DNA of 63,925 bases, filler included. It is 6 parts of 6 records of this genome, joined end to end, with 100 filler letters (N's around TTAATTAATTAA, not from the genome) between each part and the next. Parts side by side here need not be neighbours in the genome. Positions count along the whole stretch, not along the records: positions 20,431 to 28,543 come from DRR378314_697; positions 28,644 to 45,980 come from DRR378314_698; 4 more parts are not named here. One strand, written 5' to 3'. The notes below the pieces were generated by a model. That model did not search any database, was not told where the DNA came from, and saw only the letters and a program-made list of their open reading frames with translations. The position numbers were made by a program, and so were the translations under genes. Positions 23,045-32,066 of the stretch are shown here, piece by piece; within the stretch, counting starts at the first letter, position 1, and each line of letters starts with the position of its first letter.

Positions 23045-23593
23045 ATGAAAACCGGCGCAAAACTGCCTGACGTAACCTTCCACACCCGCGTCCGCGATGA
23101 GGCAATCGAAGGCCCCAACCCATTCCGCTGGGAAGACAAGACAACCGCTGATTACTTTGCGGGCAAGCGCGTCATCCTGTTCTCGCTGCCCGGTGCGTTC
23201 ACTCCGACGTGCTCGACCTACCAATTGCCCGGCTTTGAGAATAGCCACGCCGATTTCGCGGCCAAAGGTATCGATGCGATCTACTGCATGTCGGTGAATG
23301 ACAGCTTTGTCATGAACAAATGGGCGGCAGAACAGGGGCTGACAAACGTCGAAGTTATTCCTGACGGTTCAGGTGAGTTCACCCGCAAGATGGGCATGCT
23401 GGTCGACAAGGACAATCTGGGTTTTGGCATGCGCTCGTGGCGCTATGCAGCCATCGTCAATGACGGTGTAGTTGAAGCGTGGTTCGAAGAGCCCGGCCTG
23501 ATGGATAACTGCCCCGAGGACCCCTATGGTGTGTCGTCTCCGGAAAATCTCATGAAACATCTGGACGAAGCGCGCGAACCGGCGTTGGCCTGA
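23045..23593 (+). CDS. Peroxiredoxin, Prx5-like subfamily
   Basis: SLPGAFTPTCS, SVNDSFVM, GFGMRSWRYA; AGGAG RBS. Confidence 0.93.
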   Translation: MKTGAKLPDVTFHTRVRDEAIEGPNPFRWEDKTTADYFAGKRVILFSLPGAFTPTCSTYQLPGFENSHADFAAKGIDAIYCMSVNDSFVMNKWAAEQGLTNVEVIPDGSGEFTRKMGMLVDKDNLGFGMRSWRYAAIVNDGVVEAWFEEPGLMDNCPEDPYGVSSPENLMKHLDEAREPALA

Positions 23594-23616
23594 TCTACTT
23601 GATTGCACTTGTTTCT

Positions 23617-23644
23617 AGGCTCGCCATCTCGGCGGGCCTTTTTT
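23617..23644 (+). terminator. Intrinsic terminator between the peroxiredoxin gene and convergent oxyR
   Basis: AGGCTCGCC-atctc-GGCGGGCCT followed by a T run. Confidence 0.8.
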
Positions 23645-23645
23645 G

Positions 23646-24569
23646 TCACACGCGGGTTTTTGCGACCACCTCTTCACCGACTTGCCGGATCACTTGTGCC
23701 AAACGGTCAAACCACTCTTCGCTTTGGGTCGAGGCGCGGCGCACCAGCCCAATTGTCCGCGCCGGTTGCGGCGCGCCAAATCGCAGCAATCGCAATCCCG
23801 GCACCGCACTCGTCTCGGCCTGCGCCGCCAGTTCGGGCATCAGGGTCAGGCCGAACCCTTCGGCGACCAAGCGAGACAACGTGGCCAGCGATGACGCACC
23901 CATGTTGATCTGACCACTGGTGCGATCCTGGCCGCAGACCTCAAGCGCCTGATCGGTCAGGCAGTGCCCATCTTCCAACAGCATCAACTGTGCGGTCTTC
24001 AGGTCAACTGGCCGCAATGCATCCGGGCTGACTGTTAACCGATTCAACCGAGTCTGGCTTCCCGCCAACAAAAACCGGTCTTCGAACAACGGCGCTTCAT
24101 GGAATGTTCCGCTGCCAAGTGGCAATGCCAGGACCGCCGCATCAATGTCACCCAAGCGCAGCATTGATAGCAATCGCTCGGTCGGCGCCTCACGAATTTG
24201 TACCCTCAACGAGACATCCGAAGCCCGCAGCCCGGCCAGTACACCCGGCAGCAGATACGGCGCGACGGTTGGAATAATACCGATCGACAGAGAGCGATGG
24301 CCACCGGAATGATCACGGGCGAACTGATCCAGCCGATCTGCCGCATTCAGAACGCGTTGCGCATATTCCAGAACGTCACGCCCAAGCGGCGTCAGCAGGA
24401 TGTCGCGCGCCTGCCGTTCAAACAACGGCCCACCCATGGTATCTTCCAGCGCCTTGATCTGAACCGAGAGCGCAGGCTGCGAAACATGGCAGGCCTGTGC
24501 CCCACGCCCAAAATTGCGTTGCTCAGCGACGGCGCGGAAATACTGCAGTTGTCGGATGGTGAAATTCAT
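23646..24569 (-). CDS. oxyR: LysR-family hydrogen peroxide sensor OxyR
   Basis: LysR HTH (CHVSQPALSVQIK), IPTVAPYLLP, redox Cys pair LLEDGHCLTDQALEVC. Confidence 0.9.
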   Translation of the reverse strand: MNFTIRQLQYFRAVAEQRNFGRGAQACHVSQPALSVQIKALEDTMGGPLFERQARDILLTPLGRDVLEYAQRVLNAADRLDQFARDHSGGHRSLSIGIIPTVAPYLLPGVLAGLRASDVSLRVQIREAPTERLLSMLRLGDIDAAVLALPLGSGTFHEAPLFEDRFLLAGSQTRLNRLTVSPDALRPVDLKTAQLMLLEDGHCLTDQALEVCGQDRTSGQINMGASSLATLSRLVAEGFGLTLMPELAAQAETSAVPGLRLLRFGAPQPARTIGLVRRASTQSEEWFDRLAQVIRQVGEEVVAKTRV

Positions 24570-24628
24570 AACCCCTGATTATCATTTGCGGCCCGCTACA
24601 CAAGGCCACTATATGATGCAGGTGTCGG

Positions 24629-25726
24629 TTAGCCGATCATGCGATCCTGCTCTGCCTGATCCTGATAGTGCCGTTTCAACCGCTGCAAGGCGATGCGCAG
24701 AACTATCTTGCCTGAGCGTGCGGACCAGCCCATGCGCTTTTCGGCCAGTTCCAGCCCTTCAAGGTAACAACAACAGCGCAATGCGACATCGCTCAACCCT
24801 GGCCCCAGATCAGACAACGCCCGTGTCACGCGATCCCGAGCCCCGGAATGGCCCTGCCCTACATGAGAATCCGCTGCAAGGTCTCCGCGCCCACCGCACG
24901 TCAAAAAGCGATTCCAGTTCTGAGTGACCTGCGGTCCTAGCTGCGCAAGCTCGAAATCCTCACGCAAACGCTCTCCTGCGCCGACCAAAGTTTCATCGAG
25001 GAATGGCTTCCCATCCCGGTCCCGACGGCGCGCCAGCGCGATCAGTGGGCTTTCGACCGTACTGTAACGAACTTTGGGCTGGTTCGGCGCATTTGTTCCC
25101 ATGGCCGCAGGTTTAAACGAAGCTGGGGCTTCCGCCATACCAAATTCATTTTGGGTGCGCGCCCGGTTCTCCGCATCAGCGATGAGGTGGCTTAGCGCCG
25201 TGCGGCCCGAAGTCGAAATCCGATATCGCGAGATGCGCCCCGGATTGTCGCAGGTAATCCAATCATTCAACGCCAGCGCCTGTGCAGTCCGGCAATCGAC
25301 GACTGCTGTTTTGGTGGTTCCACTTTCGCCGTTGTCCCGAACCACAACGGCCTTATCCATATCCTCGGCCACTGCAAGAACAGCTCCGGATTCGCACAAA
25401 CGTCTTAGAACACGCAGCGCCTCGCGCTCGAATTCAGCGTTCTGGGCCTCAGGCTGGTTTGCAACAGGCGGTACGATGGCAAAAGTCAGCGCCTGTTGGT
25501 CGGATGGCGAAAAATGCGATCGGGCAAGCGATTGTAGCGCGGCATCTACCAGAGGATCATCGCGGCGCATTTCAACCCGTCGGATCTGTCGCAAGATGGT
25601 CGAGGCATGGCACCCCGCTGCCCGCGCGATATCCCGAATGGACCGTCCAGATTCAGTGTGGTCCAGATATCGTTGCGCCCCCTCGGGAACCCATGCCGGA
25701 ACGGTGAAAGCCACGCTGTTTTCCAT
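24629..25726 (-). CDS. gafA: Gene transfer agent activator GafA-like protein (N-terminal HTH plus C-terminal DUF6456)
   Basis: YLDHTESGRSIRDIARAAGCHASTILRQIRR HTH; ESPL..LARRRD; AGERLREDFELAQ; CCYLEGLELAEKRMGWSARSGKIVLRIALQRL; lies between lipA and guaA. Confidence 0.85.
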   Translation of the reverse strand: MENSVAFTVPAWVPEGAQRYLDHTESGRSIRDIARAAGCHASTILRQIRRVEMRRDDPLVDAALQSLARSHFSPSDQQALTFAIVPPVANQPEAQNAEFEREALRVLRRLCESGAVLAVAEDMDKAVVVRDNGESGTTKTAVVDCRTAQALALNDWITCDNPGRISRYRISTSGRTALSHLIADAENRARTQNEFGMAEAPASFKPAAMGTNAPNQPKVRYSTVESPLIALARRRDRDGKPFLDETLVGAGERLREDFELAQLGPQVTQNWNRFLTCGGRGDLAADSHVGQGHSGARDRVTRALSDLGPGLSDVALRCCCYLEGLELAEKRMGWSARSGKIVLRIALQRLKRHYQDQAEQDRMIG

Positions 25727-25810
25727 ATTTCTTCGCCCTTGTCGACAAAACAAACTGACAGTTTTAGCCGTCGGATTCTTAGTTAACCAAATCTAACTAG
25801 AGGTGCTTTC

Positions 25811-25826
25811 GTTACTCGTTCGTTAA
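25811..25826 (-). promoter_or_regulatory. Putative CtrA-binding site upstream of gafA
   Basis: Minus strand TTAAC-gaacga-GTAAC (TTAA-N7-GTAA), ~85 nt upstream of the gafA start; extra GTTAAC half-site near 25782. Confidence 0.7.
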
Positions 25827-25967
25827 TCACAGACGGCTCAGAGCAGAATTGATTCAAAAAGATAAACAGTGGTGAAACCATAGTTCGGGGCGATCCACAT
25901 CAAGGCAACACCCGCTTAAGTTGTGTCACATTTTCGGCACCGAAACTGAATGCAAAGGAATGCTGCC

Positions 25968-26267
25968 GTGCAGGACCTGACGACCATGATCACCACACTC
26001 CGCCGCCCTCGATTGCTGGCCCGCGCCGCCAAGATCGGGGCGCAGGACTATAATCGCGACCGCCACCTGCAGCGCCTTCTTGGATATGGATCAATACCTG
26101 GCACAGGCGCAGCACTGATCCGTCTTTTAGAACTGGAGCGGGAAATCAATACGCAACGCATCGAAGAAGACGCAGCCTATTCTTTGGTGCGCCATCTTGA
26201 TCTACTGATTGCATTGAATGGCGAGGCGCAACTGTATCAGGCCAGTCGCGCCGCGCAGTATCAGTGA
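25968..26267 (+). CDS. DUF6477 small protein (GafB / rcc01866-like), divergent from gafA, GTG start
   Basis: LRRPRLLARAA.IG..DY.RDRHL.RLLG ... YSLVRHLDLLIAL.GEA; AAAGGA RBS. Confidence 0.78.
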   Translation: MQDLTTMITTLRRPRLLARAAKIGAQDYNRDRHLQRLLGYGSIPGTGAALIRLLELEREINTQRIEEDAAYSLVRHLDLLIALNGEAQLYQASRAAQYQ

Positions 26268-27812
26268 TCAGGTGAAGGCATCCGGCATGGATGCTTTCTT
26301 TTCAGCGACATACGCGTCCAAAGCCGCCTTTACATCCGGATCAAGCTGCGGCTGCTGGTAGTTGGCCAGCAGATGTTCAACCCGCGCCGACGCAAGCGTC
26401 TGTGTATCGCGGGCGCCCTCTTCTTCCCAGGTCTCAAACGGCTTGTAGTCTAGCAAGTCGGACTTCCAGAACGCTTCCTTGAAGTTCGCCTGCGTGTGGG
26501 CGCAGCCTAGATAATGGCCTCCGGGACCGACCTCGCGAATGGCATCCATCGCCTGTGCATCTTCGTCATAGGCCACACCTTTGGCCAGACCGTGCAAAAC
26601 ACCCAGTTGATCGGCGTCCATGACAAACTTTTCGAAATCCGCCACCAAACCCCCTTCGAGCCAACCGCAGGAGTGCAGCATGAAATTCACACCTGACAGC
26701 AGCCCCATATTCAAAGAGTTCGCGGTCTCATAGGCTGCCTGCGCATCGGGTAGCTTCGAGCCGCAGAAAGAACCAGCCGAACGGAATGGCAAACCCAGAC
26801 GGCGTGCCAGCTGACCCGCCCCGTAGGTCACATTGGACGCCTCTGGCGTCCCGAATGTTGGCGCGCCCGAATTCATGTCGATCGACGAAACGAAGGCACC
26901 AAAAATCGCCGGGGCACCCGGACGGATGATCTGGCTGTAAGCCACACCCGCCATTACCTCGGCCAGAACCTGAGTCAGCGTACCAGCAACCGAAACCGGA
27001 GCCATCGCCCCGCCAACGATAAAGGGTGAGATGATGCAGGCCTGATTATTTTTTGCGTAGACCTCAAGTGAGCCCATCATCACATCATCAAATGTCATCG
27101 GTGAATTGATGTTGGTCAGCGAGGTCATGACGGTGTTGTTCTGCACGAACTCTTTGCCGAACAGAATCTCGCACATCTCGACCGAATCCTGTGCCCGGCT
27201 GGGATCAGTGACCGACCCCATGAACGGCTTGTCCGACAGGGTCATATGCGCCATCAGCATATCCAGGTGGCGTTTGTTCACCGGAATATCCGTCGGCTCA
27301 CAGACAGTGCCACCCGAATGGTGCAACCACTTGGACATATAGGCCAGTTTCACGAACTTGTTGAAATCGTCCATCGTTGCATAGCGGCGTCCACCTTGCG
27401 CATCACGCACAAAGGGCGGGCCATAGACCGGGGCCAGCACCAGGTTTCGGCCGCCAATCACCACGGATTTCGCTGGGTCGCGGGCGTGCTGAGTAAACTC
27501 GCTGGGGGCGGTCTTGATCAACTCGCGCGCCAGGCCACGCGGCAGGCGCACACGTTCGCCATCGACGTCAGCACCGACATCGCGCCAACGCTCCAGCGCG
27601 GCTGGATTGTCAACGAAATTCACACCGATCTCGGCCAATACGGTTTCCGCATTGGCTTCGATGATTTCCAGTGCCTCTTCGTTCAAGACCTCGAAATTCG
27701 GAATGTTGCGTTCGATGTATTTCGCGGTTTCGATCTTGACCGCCGTACGCTCGGCCCGACGGGCGGCACCACCGCCCCCTCGTGCCCTGCGCCGGGTGTT
27801 TGCCTCTGCCAT
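26268..27812 (-). CDS. Trimethylamine methyltransferase (MttB) superfamily protein, non-pyrrolysine
   Basis: APVYGPPFV, GGTVCEPTD, SGAPTFGTPE, GWLEGGL, EVGPGGHYLG; no in-frame TAG. Confidence 0.92.
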   Translation of the reverse strand: MAEANTRRRARGGGGAARRAERTAVKIETAKYIERNIPNFEVLNEEALEIIEANAETVLAEIGVNFVDNPAALERWRDVGADVDGERVRLPRGLARELIKTAPSEFTQHARDPAKSVVIGGRNLVLAPVYGPPFVRDAQGGRRYATMDDFNKFVKLAYMSKWLHHSGGTVCEPTDIPVNKRHLDMLMAHMTLSDKPFMGSVTDPSRAQDSVEMCEILFGKEFVQNNTVMTSLTNINSPMTFDDVMMGSLEVYAKNNQACIISPFIVGGAMAPVSVAGTLTQVLAEVMAGVAYSQIIRPGAPAIFGAFVSSIDMNSGAPTFGTPEASNVTYGAGQLARRLGLPFRSAGSFCGSKLPDAQAAYETANSLNMGLLSGVNFMLHSCGWLEGGLVADFEKFVMDADQLGVLHGLAKGVAYDEDAQAMDAIREVGPGGHYLGCAHTQANFKEAFWKSDLLDYKPFETWEEEGARDTQTLASARVEHLLANYQQPQLDPDVKAALDAYVAEKKASMPDAFT

Positions 27813-27945
27813 GAGAAAATCCCGTTGAATGGTTGGTTTGATAAGCGTGTTACATCAACGACCAACGTCGCCAGAGGTAGATTACGGCGCTATCGGGGAA
27901 AAAGCGACATGCACTCCGATAACCGGGCAACAGCTGTAATCAACA

Positions 27946-28386
27946 TCAAGACAGATGCTTTTCCATAAGTATCGTATTGCCAGTTGCATCGACCTCGCGC
28001 CAACCCAGATGGAGATACATCGCGCGGGTACCCGACATCAGGCGATGGGTGCTCAGCCGCAGGATCGACAAATCGGATTCATCGGCGAAGGCCTCGGCTG
28101 CATCAAGCAACTGACGCGCAACCCCACGACCTTGTGCCTCCGAAGAAACACCTAGGTTGAATATCTTCACCGCGTCCGGCAGCCGGTCAAACACGATGAC
28201 ACCCAACAGCTGCGCAGCTGCTTCGGCAATCACAACCTGACGCAATCTGATATCGTCTTGAATCCCGCTTGTTACGTCGGGCAAATCAGCGATCTCCTGC
28301 ATGGACGCCGCATAGGCACTGCCGAGACATGTTCGAATAGCGTCGGCATCGTCCAACACCGCCACCCTGATGCTTAGCGCCTGCAT
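27946..28386 (-). CDS. GNAT family N-acetyltransferase
   Basis: Motif A VSSEAQGRGVARQLL; MYLHLGW. Confidence 0.85.
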   Translation of the reverse strand: MQALSIRVAVLDDADAIRTCLGSAYAASMQEIADLPDVTSGIQDDIRLRQVVIAEAAAQLLGVIVFDRLPDAVKIFNLGVSSEAQGRGVARQLLDAAEAFADESDLSILRLSTHRLMSGTRAMYLHLGWREVDATGNTILMEKHLS

Positions 28387-28442
28387 ATCGCACATCCCCC
28401 AGAACAAACCAGATTCACACGGGTTATTTGACGTCATAGCGC

Positions 28443-28471
28443 TTGCACAAGCAAGGCATGCGACCTAATAG
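28443..28471 (+). promoter_or_regulatory. Putative sigma70 promoter of guaA (probably leaderless mRNA)
   Basis: TTGCAC-N17-TAATAG ending 6 nt before the ATG; no SD. Confidence 0.5.
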
Positions 28472-28477
28472 CCAGTC

Positions 28478-28543
28478 ATGACACAAGCATCCCACGACCG
28501 CCTTCTGATCATCGACTTCGGCAGCCAGGTGACGCAGCTTATC
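28478..28543 (+). CDS. guaA: GMP synthase, N-terminal fragment (absent from the ORF track)
   Basis: MTQASHDRLLIIDFGSQVTQLI. Confidence 0.92.
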
Positions 28544-28643
28544 NNNNNNNNNNNNNNNNNNNNNNNNNNNNNNNNNNNNNNNNNNNNTTAATTAATTAAN
28601 NNNNNNNNNNNNNNNNNNNNNNNNNNNNNNNNNNNNNNNNNNN
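28544..28643. other. Artificial contig-joining spacer
   Basis: N44-TTAATTAATTAA-N44. Confidence 0.99.
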
Positions 28644-29067
28644 CATGGTGTGGTGCTCGCCGGAGCGCCACGGCGCCATGACCGGCATCATGAAGGCGCA
28701 GATCGACTGGATTCCGCTGGCGCTGGGCGGCGTGCGCCCCACCCAGGGTAAAACCCTGGCGGTGATGCAGGTGAGCGGCGGCTCGCAGTCGTTCAACACC
28801 GTCAATCACCTGCGCGTGCTGGGCCGCTGGATGCGCATGGTGACCATCCCCAATCAGTCGTCGGTGCCCAAGGCGTTCCTGGAATTCGACGACAACGACC
28901 GCATGAAGCCGTCCCCCTACTATGATCGTATAGTCGACGTCATGGAGGAGCTGGTGAAATTCACCCTGCTGGTCCGTGATCGCAGCGACTACCTCACCGA
29001 TCGATACTCCGAACGCAAGGAGAGCGCGGAAGAGGTGTCCCGCCGGGTCAATCAGCGCACCATGTAA
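28644..29067 (+). CDS. arsH: Arsenical resistance flavoprotein ArsH, 5'-partial
   Basis: [48 protein letters not shown]. Confidence 0.97.
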
Positions 29068-29094
29068 GCCCGTACCTGGCCAAAAGGGGAAGCC

Positions 29095-30267
29095 ATGCCC
29101 GCCGAAACCCTGTCCCGCTTCCCCCTGGCGGTGATTGTCGCCGCCCAGTTTCTGGGCACCTCGCTGTGGTTCAGCGTTAACGGCGTGGGGCTGTCCCTGG
29201 GCCAGGAACTGGGCCTCACCGAGACCGACCTGGGGCGCCTCACCATCGCCACCCAGGCGGGCTTTATCCTCGGCACCCTGGCGCTGGCGGCCACCGGCCT
29301 GGCCGACCGCTTCCGCGCCAGCCGGGTGTTCGCGGTAGCGGCGGTCCTGGGCGCGCTGATCAACGGCGCCTTCGTGCTGGTGGCCTGGCAGCCCGCGGCA
29401 GCACTGGTAATGCGCTTCGCCACCGGGCTCTGCCTGGCCGGTATTTACCCCCTGGGCATGAAGCTGGTGATCAGCTGGACACCGCGTCACACCGGCGCCG
29501 CCCTGGCCTGGCTGGTGGGCATGCTGACCCTGGGCACCGCCGTGCCGCACCTGTTGCGCGGCGCCACCCTGGGCCTGCCCTGGCAGTGGCCGCTGCTCAC
29601 CGCCTCGCTGCTGGCGCTGGTGGCGGCGTGGCTGATCCGCGCCCTGGGCGACGGCCCCCATCTGCCGCCGCCCGGCCGGAAGAAGCCGCTACGCGAAGGC
29701 TTCGCCGCCTTCGCCAGTGGCGATTTCCGCGCCGCCGCCCTGGGCTACTTCGGCCATTGCTGGGAGCTCTATGCGTTCTGGACGCTGACACCGCTGCTGG
29801 TGGCCCGGGAGCTGCAGCGCCTGGGCGCCGATCAGGCGCTGGTGCCGTGGCTGGCGTTCCTGGTGATCGCTTTGGGGCTGGTGGGCTGTGTTTATGGCGG
29901 TCGTGTCAGCCGCGGGCGCGGCAGCCTGTGGGTGGCGAGGGCGGCGCTGGCCGTATCCGGCCTGCTGTGCCTGGTCTATCCGCTGCTGGGAAGTCTGTCC
30001 CCTTTTCTGCTGCTGGCGCTGTTGCTGCTGTGGGGCTTCACGGTGATCGCCGATTCGCCGCAGCTTTCCGCCCTGGCCGCCGCCACCGCGCCGCGGGACC
30101 GGGTCGGCTCGACCCTGGCGGTGATGAACGCCATCGGCTTCGCGCTCACCATTCCGGCGATCTTCCTGGTCTCTGAGTTCTGGTCGGCGCTGGATCTGCG
30201 CGTCGCCTGGCTGCTGTTGCCGGGGCCGGTGGTGGGGTTGTTCTACCTGTGCCGGGCGCGGCTATAG
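29095..30267 (+). CDS. MFS transporter
   Basis: About 12 hydrophobic segments; GLADRF, LAGIYPLGMK, GYFGHCWELYAFW, ADSPQLSAL. Confidence 0.9.
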   Translation: MPAETLSRFPLAVIVAAQFLGTSLWFSVNGVGLSLGQELGLTETDLGRLTIATQAGFILGTLALAATGLADRFRASRVFAVAAVLGALINGAFVLVAWQPAAALVMRFATGLCLAGIYPLGMKLVISWTPRHTGAALAWLVGMLTLGTAVPHLLRGATLGLPWQWPLLTASLLALVAAWLIRALGDGPHLPPPGRKKPLREGFAAFASGDFRAAALGYFGHCWELYAFWTLTPLLVARELQRLGADQALVPWLAFLVIALGLVGCVYGGRVSRGRGSLWVARAALAVSGLLCLVYPLLGSLSPFLLLALLLLWGFTVIADSPQLSALAAATAPRDRVGSTLAVMNAIGFALTIPAIFLVSEFWSALDLRVAWLLLPGPVVGLFYLCRARL

Positions 30268-30798
30268 CTGGGATTCCAGCGCCACCGCCACACTTTCCCC
30301 GTCGTCCCCCAGCCACAGCTGCCCGTCCTGGATCATGGCGTTCAGGCGCATCTGGCGGTGGGCCAGGGACGCCAGCGCCGCTTCGGTTTCCGGCATCACG
30401 CGCAGCACGGTGAGGTTGTCGAAGCGGTCCAGCTTGCGGCCCAGGGCCTCGCGCCAGGCCAGCGGCGCCTGGCGGCCGTAGGTGTAGACCACCACGGCAT
30501 CGGCCAGGCCGCAGGCCTTGCGCAGCCGCTTCTCATCCGGCATGCCCAGCTCGATCCACTCTTCCAGGGTGCCGTTGGGGTGGTGCCGCCACAGATCCGG
30601 CTCGTCGGTGGACGACAGGCCCCGGGTGAAGCTCAGGTCCTCGTGGGCGTGGCGGGCGAAGGCCATCAGCCGCAGCATCATGCGGGCCTCGGTTTCCGAG
30701 GGGTGCAGCGCCACCGTCAGGTTATGGGTGGCGTAGTAATCCCGGTCCATATCCGAAACGGTGAGTTCGGCTTTGTAGATGGTGGCGGTAAGGGCCAT
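30262..30798 (-). CDS. yaeQ: YaeQ family protein
   Basis: MALTATIYKA, HPSETEARMMLRL, GLSSTDEPDLW. Confidence 0.95.
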   Translation of the reverse strand: MALTATIYKAELTVSDMDRDYYATHNLTVALHPSETEARMMLRLMAFARHAHEDLSFTRGLSSTDEPDLWRHHPNGTLEEWIELGMPDEKRLRKACGLADAVVVYTYGRQAPLAWREALGRKLDRFDNLTVLRVMPETEAALASLAHRQMRLNAMIQDGQLWLGDDGESVAVALESQL

Positions 30799-30822
30799 GG
30801 CATAGCTCGCTGTGATTCGCGG

Positions 30823-31371
30823 TCAGATCAACGCCCAGACGCCGAAGGCGATGAACAGCGCCGCGCTGATCCGGTGGGCCCAGGTCTCGAAACGCTCGCC
30901 GGCGAGGCGGTGGGCCACCCAGATCACCGGCAGGTTGGCGGCGATCATACCCGCTGTGGTGCCGAGAAGCACCGGCCAGAACTCCTGAAAGCGCACTGCC
31001 AGGGCCACGGTGGCCACCTGGGTCTTGTCGCCGATCTCGGCGATGAAGAACAGGATCAGGCTGGTGAGGAAGGGGCCGAAGCGGACACTCTCGTCCACGC
31101 CCTCGTCCTTATCCGGGATCAGCATCCACAGCCCCAGGGCGATAAAACTGCCGCCCAGAATCCAGGTCAGCCAGTCCGCCGGAATGGCGTCGGCCAGCCA
31201 GTCGCCGAACCAGACACTGAGGCCATGGTTGACCAGCGTGGCGACCACCACGCCGGCGAGGATCGGCCAGGGCTTGCGGAACCGGCACACCAGCGCCAGC
31301 GACAGTAACTGGGTTTTATCGCCGATTTCGCCCAGGGCGACCAGCAGGGTGGAAGAGAGAAAAGCGTCCAA
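30823..31371 (-). CDS. UPF0016/TMEM165/GDT1 family putative Mn2+ exporter (TTG start)
   Basis: Two EIGDKTQ motifs; preceded by a Mn riboswitch. Confidence 0.95.
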   Translation of the reverse strand: MDAFLSSTLLVALGEIGDKTQLLSLALVCRFRKPWPILAGVVVATLVNHGLSVWFGDWLADAIPADWLTWILGGSFIALGLWMLIPDKDEGVDESVRFGPFLTSLILFFIAEIGDKTQVATVALAVRFQEFWPVLLGTTAGMIAANLPVIWVAHRLAGERFETWAHRISAALFIAFGVWALI

Positions 31372-31451
31372 CGGAAAACCTTACAGGGGCGGGACCGAAC
31401 GATTACCAGAGACACTGCCCACCGATCCCGCCCCCGCGGAATGCAGACAAT

Positions 31452-31572
31452 GTCTCAGGTCTCGTCGATCCATCCGCCGATGCGGCGGAGGACACGGCCA
31501 CCATGCGCATTGAGGCGCAAATATGTTGACGACCGTCCAGGGTGGGAACCCGGGTGACTACTCCCCCAAGAC
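31452..31572 (-). ncRNA. yybP-ykoY manganese riboswitch
   Basis: Minus strand GTCTTGGGGGAGTAG...GTCAACATA...GACGAGACCTGAGAC with P1 GTCTTGGG/CCTGAGAC; long hairpin (about 31383-31437) abutting the RBS of the UPF0016 gene. Confidence 0.9.
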
Positions 31573-31604
31573 GGCGGAAACCTTAGCCGCGGCAGGGATT
31601 TAAA

Positions 31605-31979
31605 TCAAGCGCCGAACAGCCAGCCGCTGATCAGCCGGCCCGGCGCCAGGGTACCCAGCCCGGCGCCCACCAGCCCCAGATAGGCACCCACCAGGAAATT
31701 ACGGTGCGTATCCAGGCGCCGGCGGCGCACCGCCAGCATCGAGATCACCAGGCACACCAGGGTCCACACGGACAGCAGATGTATCACGCTGAACGGCCCC
31801 AGCAGCGCCAGGCCGCCGCTCAGCCAGAACGACGACACCGCCGTGACCACCATGGCCAGCACCCACGACCAGCCGAGCCAGCGGTGCCGCCGCGACCCCT
31901 TCGCGGACAGCAACTGCACGGCACCGAAGACCAGCGCCCAGAGCGCCGCGACGAGATGAATCCAGACCGCCACCATCAC
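31605..31979 (-). CDS. DUF2306-like small membrane protein
   Basis: IHL.AA, KGSRRHRWLG, FSVIHLLS, TLAPGRL. Confidence 0.8.
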   Translation of the reverse strand: MMVAVWIHLVAALWALVFGAVQLLSAKGSRRHRWLGWSWVLAMVVTAVSSFWLSGGLALLGPFSVIHLLSVWTLVCLVISMLAVRRRRLDTHRNFLVGAYLGLVGAGLGTLAPGRLISGWLFGA

Positions 31980-32015
31980 TTTTCTCCCCCGGCGGGCTGG
32001 GCCCGTACCGGCTTA

Positions 32016-32066
32016 ATGTGTATGCTGTGAACATAAGATAGAAAAGGATGTGTACAGTGTCAACAT
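32016..32066. promoter_or_regulatory. Two 19-bp imperfect palindromes, probable TetR operators
   Basis: ATGTGTATGCTGTGAACAT (32016-32034) and ATGTGTACAGTGTCAACAT (32048-32066) between divergent genes. Confidence 0.65.

Noticed and set aside
30823..31572. Mn riboswitch with UPF0016 exporter as a new system
   Set aside because: An established pairing (yybP-ykoY with MneA/UPF0016); listed as features only
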